Below are positions 38,004-48,300 of a stretch of DNA of 64,000 bases, in pieces. Position numbers and translations under genes: made by a program. The DNA comes from a virus. The notes beneath the pieces are model-generated. The model did not search any database. It had not been told where the DNA came from and saw only the letters and a list, made by a program, of their open reading frames with translations. Each line of letters begins with the position of its first letter. Position 1 is the first letter of the stretch. The DNA is taken from positions 1 to 64,000 of IMG/VR virus record IMGVR_UViG_3300037246_002669. One strand, 5' to 3'.

Positions 38004-38933
38004 TTATCCTCTTTTCCATGTATCGGCCCACTCTCGAATGTCGTAAATGGCCTGTTTCTTGATATACTCGCGGTGTTCTCCACATTTACGAGTTACTTCC
38101 TCCAATACGGAACGGTGATGTCGGTTACTTCCACGCATACTGTCCGCGTGCTTTGCCGCCAAGGACTTTCCACCAAAGAGGTAAGTGGCGATAAGGCGAT
38201 TTCTGTTAAAATCATCGGCATTCCACGAGTATCCCCTTTTCTCCCCGTGGTGGTGCAATGGAAGAGAATTAACGATCCACTTCCGCATCCCGAGAACTGC
38301 CATGGTAAAGTTAATGAAGTTTTCCCCACCTCCATAGATGCCAAACTCCGGGTGCCATCCACCTAACTTCTCATAAATGGAACGGTGCATCATCATACCG
38401 CAGGTACTCATGCAGGGCACTTCTGTAACGGAATTGCCGGGATCTCTGAAACTGCAGAAAGTATAATGGAAGACTCCCTCATTCCTTTTATCCACGAGAG
38501 AATACTGCAGCCGCTTCTCCTCCATGATGTGATAAGTTAAGGGCAAATGGAAGGTGCCATTCATGTAATACTTTTTGTCACTCAGGTACGCATGGAACAT
38601 GTTCCGCAAGACTCCGCGTGGGACATAGCAATGAGCATCACAAAACCAGAATACATCACCGGTTGCATGTTGTATGGCAAAGTTCTTTGCTTGCCAGTGA
38701 GACAACTTGTCGGTATACCGGAGGTTGATGATGTTCTTGTGTTGCCTTTTTATCTCCTCCATGTAAGGCCAGCACCGATCAGACTCCCTGCCGATATTGG
38801 GACAGTGAGAATTATCAACTGCAATCAACTCCCACTCAAAAGGAGCCTCCCTCAGTTCCTCGATTATACTACGCAAGGTGAACGGAAGAACTGGCCACTC
38901 GTTAGCGTAAGGCACTATCACTGATAGTTTCAA
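38004..38933 (-). CDS. GT-A glycosyltransferase resembling polypeptide GalNAc-transferases (GT27/GT2)
   Basis: SVIVPYANEW..L..T..SI, ELIAVDN, FCDAHC (DxH), LGGW..F.IYGGGEN, distal His. Confidence 0.8.
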   Translation of the reverse strand: MKLSVIVPYANEWPVLPFTLRSIIEELREAPFEWELIAVDNSHCPNIGRESDRCWPYMEEIKRQHKNIINLRYTDKLSHWQAKNFAIQHATGDVFWFCDAHCYVPRGVLRNMFHAYLSDKKYYMNGTFHLPLTYHIMEEKRLQYSLVDKRNEGVFHYTFCSFRDPGNSVTEVPCMSTCGMMMHRSIYEKLGGWHPEFGIYGGGENFINFTMAVLGMRKWIVNSLPLHHHGEKRGYSWNADDFNRNRLIATYLFGGKSLAAKHADSMRGSNRHHRSVLEEVTRKCGEHREYIKKQAIYDIREWADTWKRG

Positions 38934-39339
38934 AATTTGCTCCTCCTTTTCTTAATCCTCTCAACTGCAGCAGGGCAGCTTTGAATGCGGGAAATCCCAT
39001 TATAAGGGAGGGAGTTCCCAGTGCAGCAATATCTTCAATGCGAAGTGATGCAAAATGCACTACAGTTGTCTGAATACCCCTTATCTGATAAGGAGCCATG
39101 TACTTTCCTTTGTGATACTTTAGGAAACCCTTACTTTTCTTGTAGTGCCCGTAATAGTCAATTGCAAATGAAATTTCATGGGGATGTACTTCGCCAATTT
39201 TCTTCCCGAATGCAGTTACGGCAAGTTTTCCCTGGCGCACGGATAGCATCTCCACTTTGCCAAGTTTCCCAGTAGCAATACCGTCAATTATCATGTTTTC
39301 CAGTTTCTGCAGATACTCCTCGAATGACATGGTATTCAT
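38902..39339 (-). CDS. Hypothetical protein in the glycosyltransferase cluster
   Basis: AAGGAG RBS before MNTMSF. Confidence 0.6.
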   Translation of the reverse strand: MNTMSFEEYLQKLENMIIDGIATGKLGKVEMLSVRQGKLAVTAFGKKIGEVHPHEISFAIDYYGHYKKSKGFLKYHKGKYMAPYQIRGIQTTVVHFASLRIEDIAALGTPSLIMGFPAFKAALLQLRGLRKGGANFETISDSALR

Positions 39340-39353
39340 TAGATTTACTCCTT

Positions 39354-40112
39354 TTACAGATGCAGACCGAACTCTTCTGCATAGTCCTCCACTTCCTGTG
39401 TTACACGGTCCACGGTAATCTCTTTCATACATATTTTGTCACTGATACAAGGACGGGGACTGTAACATCCCTCGGAGCACGACTTTGTGTTGACGATATT
39501 CCGGTGTACTGAATATCCCGACCACATGGGCAACGCAAATCCGCCGAAAATTACCACTGCAGGAGTTTCTACAGCACGGGCGATGTGCGAGATGGCCCCT
39601 TCCGCACATACTACCATTTTCAAGGAGGAAATGTGCTGCACAAGTTGTTTGACATCGTGGAACTTCGGGATGGGAGCGAAGCCGGTCTGTACTGCCAGTT
39701 CGTCAAATTCATCCCATACTTTTTTACCATGCCACTGTCTCTTATGCATAACCTGAACTCCAACATTTTTGAACTTGTCCCTCTCCTCCCGATAGCAGTA
39801 TATCTCAGGTCTAAGCACGGGATCGCAGTTGAAGAGCAGATCATATGCTTCTTTCACAATGCAAAAATCTGATATGATATGATGCACCCCGGGAGCTACT
39901 GCATGGATTGGATCTGGGTATCCCAGAAATACGCCAGCGTTAACTCTCCCCACTTGATCCACATAGGGATTTCTTTCCAGCAACTGTGGATAATTGGTGT
40001 TAACCACCACTTTGCAATCGGGATAGACTTCCTTAACCCGTCGCAGAGTAGGGGTAACGAAAAGAAGATCACCGATACCATTGAATGATTTAATCGTAAC
40101 TACCTTACCCAT
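39354..40112 (-). CDS. GT9-like (heptosyltransferase fold) glycosyltransferase
   Basis: GIGDLLFVTP.L..VK..YP, NPYVD, K.W, EGAISHIA.A...P.V.IFG, C..C...C...CM..IT. Confidence 0.85.
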   Translation of the reverse strand: MGKVVTIKSFNGIGDLLFVTPTLRRVKEVYPDCKVVVNTNYPQLLERNPYVDQVGRVNAGVFLGYPDPIHAVAPGVHHIISDFCIVKEAYDLLFNCDPVLRPEIYCYREERDKFKNVGVQVMHKRQWHGKKVWDEFDELAVQTGFAPIPKFHDVKQLVQHISSLKMVVCAEGAISHIARAVETPAVVIFGGFALPMWSGYSVHRNIVNTKSCSEGCYSPRPCISDKICMKEITVDRVTQEVEDYAEEFGLHL

Positions 40113-40141
40113 AATAGGAACTCCTCCTGCGTGCGGTTAGT

Positions 40142-41467
40142 TTATTTCTGGAATGTACTGCCGATCACTGGAAGGTAGTAGTTGCGATATATGGCGTCCC
40201 AGTTGTAGGTCACTCTCGCATGAGTTTTGGCCGTAAGGGAATTGTCGTTGTGCATACTGCCGAGGATCACCTGCACCACATCAGAATAGTACTGATTCTC
40301 GTCGGACGGTTGATGATGCATGTGATAGGAACCGAAGTCAAAATACAGTCCAGTCCCCCCATTGACTTCGGCCTGCATACATAAAGACTTGTTCAGGACC
40401 ATGAGTACCCCTGACATTGCAGCTTCAGGAGCCACCAGACCGAAACTTTCTTCTCTCGTGGGGAATATGAATAGATTGGACAGCACAAACAGTTTGTTCA
40501 GCATGCCACGCGGAATGCCAGTCTCGTACCGGGCACACCACATCGAAGTGAAAATCACTTCCTCATGGGGAATGAGGCCGCACCTCTTCGCAATTTTGAG
40601 ATACTTATCAACATTTTCCTTGCCATTTCTACCAGTGGCCCACTGGTTGGCGATCACCAGACATACAGACTTTCCACTGGCTTTGATTTGAGCAAACATT
40701 TTTATGATAACGTCTACTCTTTTCGCAGTGAGTCGGTCAGAACTTGCGGGATATATTTGCACCACATCGGCGGACAGGACTTTAGGGAACTCCCATACGA
40801 ATGCGCAAGTTTCCGAATCAAATTCAAACCATGTGCGAGGGTCTTTGATATGAGGGATCACAACCACATCTTCAATAGCCCCGTGATACTGTTCTGCAAC
40901 TCGCAATCTGTCGGTAGCATTGGGATACACTATCTTGTGGTTCGGGCGTAGCCCCTGTATTCTCCACCAGTCCCGACTTGCGGAAGGAACGGAGTGCACC
41001 CAGTGAAACCATCTGCAGTCAGCCACTTCCTGATTTCTTGAAGTCTCGATACAGCCCATGCCGTAAGGGAGAAACCAGCCAGTGAAAAGAAAGTCATGTG
41101 TGAATATGACATCTCCCGGTTTCAGGAAATCCAGAAGAACTTTTTCGGTTTTCTTCACCACTTCCAAGTGTTCCGGGGTGACATCGTTAATGGAAGTATA
41201 ATCCTTGAGATGAGCGAAAGGGATCTTCTGGTGAAGATTAATAGGAACCATGCCCCGTTCCTTATCTTCGGGCGTGAAGGGGGGAAAGAGACTGGAAACG
41301 TTGGAAGCATTGAACTTTTCATTCACGAAAATATGAACCTCATGCCCAAACTGCTGCAGCATTTTCGCTTGATCCACGACAATCCCGGTAAGACTGTAGC
41401 CAGGATTGAATTCCATGAAATTTGTGAGGATGGCAATTCTCTTCTTCTTAATCATTCGGTCCTCCAA
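40142..41467 (-). CDS. GT4-like (GT-B) glycosyltransferase
   Basis: G......A..L...GHEVHI, R....K, FIFPTREESFGLVAPEAAMSG, YNWD. Confidence 0.85.
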   Translation of the reverse strand: MEDRMIKKKRIAILTNFMEFNPGYSLTGIVVDQAKMLQQFGHEVHIFVNEKFNASNVSSLFPPFTPEDKERGMVPINLHQKIPFAHLKDYTSINDVTPEHLEVVKKTEKVLLDFLKPGDVIFTHDFLFTGWFLPYGMGCIETSRNQEVADCRWFHWVHSVPSASRDWWRIQGLRPNHKIVYPNATDRLRVAEQYHGAIEDVVVIPHIKDPRTWFEFDSETCAFVWEFPKVLSADVVQIYPASSDRLTAKRVDVIIKMFAQIKASGKSVCLVIANQWATGRNGKENVDKYLKIAKRCGLIPHEEVIFTSMWCARYETGIPRGMLNKLFVLSNLFIFPTREESFGLVAPEAAMSGVLMVLNKSLCMQAEVNGGTGLYFDFGSYHMHHQPSDENQYYSDVVQVILGSMHNDNSLTAKTHARVTYNWDAIYRNYYLPVIGSTFQK

Positions 41468-41556
41468 TCATTGTGGTTACGCTATTGCGCCCACTTTTTA
41501 TGAAAAAATGGATACCCTATTTGCAATTTATTGCAAATTTATTCAGATACCCATCT

Positions 41557-41585
41557 TTATTAGTACATATTCCATTTATTGTCAA
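41557..41585 (-). promoter_or_regulatory. sigma70-type promoter (TTGACA-17-TAATAA) for the glycosyltransferase cluster
   Basis: Exact -35; palindrome 41520-41537 about 20 bp downstream of the -10. Confidence 0.55.
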
Positions 41586-41587
41586 AC

Positions 41588-41887
41588 TCAGTGGGGTTTT
41601 TTCACTACATAGGTGGCGCACAAATAATGTGCCAAATACCCTACTGCAGCGTCCACTGGAACAAGTGCGAGTGTAATTGCCAGTATACTGGGGAAATCAG
41701 GTGATGAAGAACCTTCAAAAAACAGCAGTCTGATGCTCAGTATTGCAGCACACCATGCAACTGCAGCAAAAAATGCTATCATGCCAATTCTCAATTTTCC
41801 ATTGCGTGATATGAAAAAAACCCACGACACGGTTAGGGAGAAGATAATCAGCATCCCCAGCAGGATCTCCACGAGCAGAAACTCCAT
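41588..41887 (-). CDS. Three-TM membrane protein (holin/antiholin candidate)
   Basis: Three hydrophobic segments, 99 aa. Confidence 0.6.
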   Translation of the reverse strand: MEFLLVEILLGMLIIFSLTVSWVFFISRNGKLRIGMIAFFAAVAWCAAILSIRLLFFEGSSSPDFPSILAITLALVPVDAAVGYLAHYLCATYVVKKPH

Positions 41888-41902
41888 TCCACTAATCTCC
41901 TT

Positions 41903-42217
41903 TTAATTGTTATTGATACGGCGTTCAATGGTTTCAAGGGTTGCCTTTAAATCGGAAACCACTGAAGTCCCTTTTTCGGTCACTTCAATCAGGGAAGTAA
42001 ATTGCTTTGAGGCAATCTTCGCGGCTTCGTCCCTGTCATCCTTCGCAAACTTTCTAAGTTCCTCCCTTTCAGATTTGTGATTTTTAAGCAGTTCCACCCT
42101 TTCTTTGTTGTGGGTGGTTTGTAATGTTTTTATGTAAAAGCCGAGAGCCAGTATCATTACTCCCAGAATCCCATATTCCATAAACTTTTCGACTATCGTA
42201 ATCTCTACGCTTGCCAT
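41903..42217 (-). CDS. BhlA/UviB-like holin candidate
   Basis: One N-terminal TM (YGILGVMILALGFYI) plus coiled coil. Confidence 0.6.
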   Translation of the reverse strand: MASVEITIVEKFMEYGILGVMILALGFYIKTLQTTHNKERVELLKNHKSEREELRKFAKDDRDEAAKIASKQFTSLIEVTEKGTSVVSDLKATLETIERRINNN

Positions 42218-42258
42218 AGTGTCTCACCTCTATATGCTGCACTATACGAAAGGCCCAT

Positions 42259-42441
42259 CTATGCAGCGTTTACATTGTAAACTGTCCCCCCGATTCGAAC
42301 CCTGACTCTTGAAGCGGCAGTATTCACCCATAAGTTGACATCATCCGGGACATCTGCATCATCATCGGCGAAGGGAACTCTCGGAACTCTACTCTTGACA
42401 TCCCCCGATCGTGCGGGAACTTTTACAACTCCGGTCTTCAT
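42259..42441 (-). CDS. Small virion-associated protein (putative)
   Basis: AAGGAG RBS; shares a WxN beta motif with its neighbours. Confidence 0.55.
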   Translation of the reverse strand: MKTGVVKVPARSGDVKSRVPRVPFADDDADVPDDVNLWVNTAASRVRVRIGGTVYNVNAA

Positions 42442-42473
42442 AATTTTCTCCTTTGCAATTAATGGGTAAAATA

Positions 42474-42501
42474 TCTCCCTCCTTAGTCACGAGGAGGGAG
42501 A
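42474..42501 (-). terminator. Stem-loop after the Thr-rich gene
   Basis: tctccctcct/aggagggaga 10-bp stem. Confidence 0.5.
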
Positions 42502-42521
42502 CTTGGCACACTTAAATTACG

Positions 42522-42947
42522 TTAGGTTGTCGTTGTGGTGGTCGGTGCCGCAGTTGTCGTCGTTGTGGTCGGAGCAACTGTCGTCGTCGTTGTGGTCGGA
42601 GCTACCGTTGTTGTCGTAGTGGTCGTCGGGGGTAAAGTAGTGGTAGTGGTCGTCGGGGGTAAAGTAGTGGTAGTGGTCGTAGGTGCCACTGTCGTCGTGG
42701 TCGTTGCAGCAGAAACCTCCGTCAAATTGAAGGCCACTACTGCCCCATCGGGTTTTCTTATTTTCAACTTTTTCTGTGGATCATTTAGCCACATGGAAAG
42801 CCATTTCTGCGTCGATGCATCCGGATCTGACTGCAAAACCGGCAAGGTAGCGGTATGTTCTTTAGGATCTCCCGAGAAAGTTTTATAGGGTGCCGTCCCT
42901 CCCTCCCGGACAGTAGCGGACTCGTTGTACACTTGTTTCTTCATCAC
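42522..42947 (-). CDS. Virion protein with ~60-aa mucin-like Thr/Pro C-terminal tail
   Basis: ATTTTTVAPTTTTTTLPP... to the stop. Confidence 0.8.
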   Translation of the reverse strand: MMKKQVYNESATVREGGTAPYKTFSGDPKEHTATLPVLQSDPDASTQKWLSMWLNDPQKKLKIRKPDGAVVAFNLTEVSAATTTTTVAPTTTTTTLPPTTTTTTLPPTTTTTTTVAPTTTTTTVAPTTTTTTAAPTTTTTT

Positions 42948-44284
42948 TCCTCCGTTCCCAGCAGACTGACCGGGCCTATGTGCAAACGATTAGTGGAAGT
43001 TGCAATCCATATTTGGTCATCTTCCGTCTCACTCACAATCTCAGTCACCCCGATCACTATTACATTACCTTGAGGTACCCCACTAAATACTGCCTCTCCA
43101 TTTTCAATCTCTCGCGGCACTGTTATTTCAATACCCGTTAAATCCAAGGTCGTCGTTGTCGTGGTGGGTCCTACTGTGGTGGTTGTGGTGGGTCCTACTG
43201 TCGTTGTGGTGGTAGGCGCGACTGTTGTGGTTGTGGTCGGCGGTAAAGTGGTCGTGGTTGTGGTCGGCGGTAAAGTGGTCGTGGTTGGAGCCACTGTCGT
43301 TGTAGTCGTAGTCGGTGCCACTGTTGTAGTCGTAGTAGTGCCGGGAATTGTGGTGGTCGTAGTGGTGGGGGCCACTGTAGTAGTGGTTGTGGTGGGGGCC
43401 ACTGTGGTCGTAGTAGTGCCGGGAATTGTGGTGGTCGTAGTGGTGGGGGCCACTGTAGTAGTGGTTGTGGTGGGGGCCACTGTGGTCGTAGTAGTGCCGG
43501 TAATTGTGGTAGTAGTGGTCGTGGCCGGTGCCACTGTGGTCGTAGTAGTGGCCGGGGGACTTTGGTAGGGAGTTGTCGGAGGAGTAAAATTTTCTGACCA
43601 AACGGCTTCCCCTGTCACGACACGGAATTGATCCATAAACCCGTTGAGGTAGCCATTTCCTCCAATTTGCCTTCCAAGACGCAAGTAAGTAGGGCATACA
43701 TTAGAGGAAGTATTTAACCAAGTACCGTCAGCAATCCCATCAATATATAGGGTAACTGTGGCAGCTTTCCGGACTACGGCAATGTGATGGAAAACATCAT
43801 CAGTTATATCAATTGTGCCCTCTATTTTACGGGCACTGCGGTAATAAACAATAACTCCGCCAGTTATGTTGTTAATATTTGCCTGGGTTGCGTCTTCGGA
43901 GTTCTCTCCGAAAGCCCAAATCCTTCTGTGGTTACCTCCCGAAGTAGATTTTACGGCAGTTTTGAGCCAACACTCGACAGTGTAATCTCCGGTGGCTAAG
44001 ACGAATAAAGGATCAGTGGGGACATCTATATAAGAGTTAGTGCCATCGAAGTGAATGGATGATGTGCCAAACTTGGCAGCGGCAGTGGCGTGCTGCACGT
44101 CTCCATAAAGAGAGAGAATATGAGCATGAGGGGAACTGTCAACAATGTCTGTAGATCCGTCTGTAGTATCTGACTGAATGCATATACTACCTAATTCATA
44201 CATGTCAATGGTAGTGGTGGTAGTGGTAGTGGTAGGGGGTAACGTTGTCGTTGTTGTCGGCCCTACTGTAGTTGTCGTTGTCAT
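42944..44284 (-). CDS. LamG/concanavalin-A-like lectin domain protein flanked by mucin-like Thr/Pro tracts
   Basis: KFGTSSIHFDG, TVECW, FHHIAVV, LYIDG, G.MD.FRV; about 135-aa TTTTTVAP repeat region. Confidence 0.85.
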   Translation of the reverse strand: MTTTTTVGPTTTTTLPPTTTTTTTTIDMYELGSICIQSDTTDGSTDIVDSSPHAHILSLYGDVQHATAAAKFGTSSIHFDGTNSYIDVPTDPLFVLATGDYTVECWLKTAVKSTSGGNHRRIWAFGENSEDATQANINNITGGVIVYYRSARKIEGTIDITDDVFHHIAVVRKAATVTLYIDGIADGTWLNTSSNVCPTYLRLGRQIGGNGYLNGFMDQFRVVTGEAVWSENFTPPTTPYQSPPATTTTTVAPATTTTTTITGTTTTTVAPTTTTTTVAPTTTTTTIPGTTTTTVAPTTTTTTVAPTTTTTTIPGTTTTTTVAPTTTTTTVAPTTTTLPPTTTTTTLPPTTTTTVAPTTTTTVGPTTTTTVGPTTTTTTLDLTGIEITVPREIENGEAVFSGVPQGNVIVIGVTEIVSETEDDQIWIATSTNRLHIGPVSLLGTEE

Positions 44285-44324
44285 CTATCTTCCCCTCCCA
44301 TGATTTGCAATAAATTGCAAATTT

Positions 44325-44849
44325 TTAGATGAGACCGGCATTCAGGGTAACCCCATTAGAGGTACCGGCAATACTACTGATATGTAGGGCGATTTTCTCC
44401 GTTCCTTGGGTTTTCCATACTAATGTGGGGGATAGATAATTACCGGAAGATGACCCTTTACGAAAAGCAACTGATCCTATGCCCGAAGATTTTGACTCCA
44501 AAACTGCAATAACTGTAGTGCCTGTGGAATCAAACACAAGAGGAGTCACCACTACATCTCCGTCCACGGCAGAATGTTCCGGGTGTACCACGAGAACACT
44601 GTTGTCTCCCACATCCAGCACATTGTCAGTAAGATCAGCCGACAGGTTGGTGAGATCTACCCCATCCGCAACAGTGACTGGGGTACTGCCTCGATTAGCC
44701 TCAGGGACGAACTGCCTGGACGCGGTATCTACCACCTGTATATGCCTTGTGTTAGCACTCCCGTCCAATTCTGCCGCCTCGCGTGTTGCTATGTTGGGGC
44801 CAGTGGTAGCTTCTCTGACTTGAACTGATGTATTACTCTCAAGTGTCAT
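44325..44849 (-). CDS. Putative virion structural protein
   Basis: Beta-rich 174 aa in the tail gene block. Confidence 0.6.
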   Translation of the reverse strand: MTLESNTSVQVREATTGPNIATREAAELDGSANTRHIQVVDTASRQFVPEANRGSTPVTVADGVDLTNLSADLTDNVLDVGDNSVLVVHPEHSAVDGDVVVTPLVFDSTGTTVIAVLESKSSGIGSVAFRKGSSSGNYLSPTLVWKTQGTEKIALHISSIAGTSNGVTLNAGLI

Positions 44850-44903
44850 GTCTGTATTCTCCTTGATTAAGATTCACGCTATGTAGATTAAATACCATAT
44901 TAT

Positions 44904-45344
44904 CTACTGCCGGTCAATTGCCTCTTGCTGGGCAAGACTATACTCCTCCTCGATGTCCTCTGTACTGTACACCTCGAAAGAACAGGCCATACATTCCCAC
45001 ACACTTTTGTAGCCGTAGATGTTTTGCCTTCCTTTCGGGCGAGTTACTTTTCTGAGCCACATATCAGAGTCACACTTTTCGCAGTATTTTGCGGCTGAAG
45101 TATCATTGTGTACTGGAGGGTTTAAGTTTAAGCCGGAATCAGGTAAAACTGTTCCTTCAGGAATTTTTGCCAGTTCCTCATTGTACATTTCCTTTCGGTT
45201 AACGATGTACTGTTGCAATTCTCCCACTGTCACTCCCCTGGTCAGAATACCCTCCAGCATGGTAATCATATCTTCAACTTTCCCGAAGGAATAAGGAGCG
45301 AGTACCATTTCTATGATTTTCAATTTTTCTTTATGTAATTCCAT
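44904..45344 (-). CDS. Zn-ribbon protein
   Basis: CEKC...CMAC; AAAGGA RBS before MELHKE. Confidence 0.6.
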   Translation of the reverse strand: MELHKEKLKIIEMVLAPYSFGKVEDMITMLEGILTRGVTVGELQQYIVNRKEMYNEELAKIPEGTVLPDSGLNLNPPVHNDTSAAKYCEKCDSDMWLRKVTRPKGRQNIYGYKSVWECMACSFEVYSTEDIEEEYSLAQQEAIDRQ

Positions 45345-45357
45345 CAGTATTCCTTTC

Positions 45358-48300
45358 TTAGTCACACCACCACTCATAAACGGAAAGAGATGCCTGCGGT
45401 TTTCTACAACCAGTGCCCATTGTACACTGTGAATCGGAAGCACAGTGCCCGAAGCCGCCACACGAGGCGCAATACCCATCTGGCCACGTATTAGGTAGAC
45501 ACTGAGTCCTTCTGACAACTCGTTTACCTGCCTCTACAGTATCAGAATGGAATCCTGGGCCAGCGCCTCCGCAGCCTGCGGTGCGGCCATCAGAACATAT
45601 CCAATGCCAACTTCCGCCAACTGTTAGTATGTAACCATGGGCTAATTTGCCACACCTATCAGTAACGGTCACATGCGCCACTCCGCAATATCCCTCTACC
45701 GTACTAACTGTGTTATATCCCGAAGCGCCGGTATATTCAGATCCAATTGCAAATCCAGCGGATACTTCCCAGCGCAAAGGAGCTGTTCCTCCTATTACGT
45801 GGACACTACAAATGCCCTCTATAGTTTCGGGGCCATCCCACTCCATAGTTGGGAGTGTTTTCTCCATTGATTTAGAATCAGAATACCCGCAAGCCCCTTC
45901 CGCAGAAACTGTTACTAACTCAGTACAGGGATCTTCTTCCGCAATTTGGTTGGATTGACCCCCGGTCACCTCCTGGCCTAACGTCCATCCATCACTAACA
46001 TCCCACACGTAATTTGGCCTGCCTCCCACTATGCTAACACCCTGTTTGTCTCCACTGTAAGTTTCAGGCAATGTCATTACCATGTCCTCAATGGGAATTA
46101 TAGGAATTTCCAAGTCAACAACCTCTTCGCAGTAGTCAACGACAGTAACTGTCACATCCCCTTCAGTACATTCCTCAGTACCATGCATTTTGTTGGTGGT
46201 ACGGTTGGTTATTGGCATATCAAATTCAAATCCATTGGTGGCAGACCACTCATATGGGGGCCTCCCGCTACCTTCGAGGAGTAACTTTACAACTTGCAAA
46301 GCAGATACTTCGTCAGAAGAAGATGAGAGGACCAAAGGACCGTCTTCCCCCTCCACCTGTATTGCGAGGGAATCACTTTCATCGCAATCATCCGTAGCGG
46401 TAACTGTAATCTGGTCACTTATAGAACAGTCCTCGTTCGGAATTATTGTGTTTATCCTGCCATCTGCATCTGGTTCAGCCAGTTCAAACCCAGATCCTGA
46501 GAGGTCCCATTCAAAAGGTTCCATGCCCCCTCTCACACTAACTGCTTTACTAATTCCGTGAAATATAGTCTTCGGTCCCTTAACTACCACTTTCGGTTCT
46601 GGAGGTTGAACAGTGAATACCACTTCGGTATTACAGGCATCGGTGACGGTTACCTCACATATATCATACTGACTGCACGTACCATCCAGGGTAATATAAT
46701 TGGTATTCCCCATGGTTTGCGCGAAAGCTACGTTAAATCCCGCACTGACTGACCAGTTGAGAGGTTTCTTGCCTCCAACTGTGCCTACAGATACCCCTGC
46801 CGATGACGGAAACTTCGATGGGTTACCTGGAGATGCTGCAAATTGGGGGTTACCTCCCAACTGGACCGTACATGATACCGAATCATCGCAAATATCAGTA
46901 ACTGTAATTGTTACTTCTTCGCCTTCCGCACCAGTGCACCCAGAGGGAGCATGTAAAATATTTGTTCGATAACTTGTCGTAACATGTGCTAAAGTGCAGT
47001 TACCCCCACTTACTTCCCACGTAAAAGGGCCTGTACCGTAGATAATGGAAATGTCCTCCGATGCATTGGGCGCGATAAGTTCCGGGTTGGAATCACTGCA
47101 CTCTATTGGGAGAGATTCCGGAACGTTGAGGGTGGTGGATATTGTATCAAAGCAGGCATCTTCACATTCTACTGTGATATTTCCTTCAGCACAGATATCT
47201 CGGAATACCACATTATGGCGATCCCATGTCTCCAGCGTAACTATGTGTCCGTCTCCAGAAACCACACTCCACTGGAACGGTGGCACTCCATTTTCCAAAT
47301 ACAGTTCGGCATACCCGAAACCGTAAGTCCCAGTCCATGTGTCTTCATGCCATTTAAACTCCAGGGGCTCCGAAGTAACATGACAGTTCAACTGCGATTC
47401 GCAGGCATCTGTAGCCGCCAAATCGAAACCACCGGATGCCGCGCTACAGGGATCATCGGCCACGACTGTCACTTCCCGCCCTACTGGTAATGGGCCAGTT
47501 TCGGGGTTCTCCGGGTCAGAAGATACAATGTGGAAATCATCAGATCCACTCAGTTCCCATATTATATCCAAAGCTCCCCCAACTACCCTAAAAATAGCGG
47601 AACCGGAGGGAGGGAATTCTGTCGGGTTGTCGGGGTACCATTTAAATTCCTGTTCGTCTACTTCCACAGTAATACTTGCAGTCTGGTCACAGGCGTCTGT
47701 CAGCGTAACACTACATGTGGGTTCTATGCACTTTACGCTACTGGGAGTAATATAGTTGGTAGGGGCACTGGTGGAAGGCCACTTTAATACCCATCCAGGA
47801 GCACCGGGAGTTACTTCCCAGGAGTAGGGAGGTTTTCCCCCTCTAAAGTCCACCCGGTATTCTTCTCCGCGTTCTGCTTTATACTCTACCTCGAATACAG
47901 ACTCACTACTCGGTTCAGGGGAACTATAATGGATGCAGCACGTGTTTCTGGGAATTTCTGTGACAGGTATGTCGCATACTCTTGCACACTCATCTTCACA
48001 TCTGACCACAATTGGGCCACATAACTCCGCATCTGACCTATGTAAACACACAACTGGCCCAGTGTCATGATCCCTAAACTCCACACCCGATCCTTCTTCC
48101 ACTGACCAACTGTATCCTGTACAAGTCGGACCGTCCACAGGGAGCACGCCCACGAAATCGACGGATTCCGGATTATCGTGTATCTCAACCGGCAGGTAAC
48201 TCCTGTCTACCTTCAAATCCCCCACACAGCACAGTTTGGAAATTTGAATTCTTACAATGCAATCAGTGCCGCAATCATCTGTCACTGTCACACTTCCTTC

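Noticed and set aside
42535-43697. Poly-Val plus-strand ORFs and a His/Tyr-rich alternative-frame ORF
   Set aside because: Antisense and frame shadows of ACN (Thr) codon runs.
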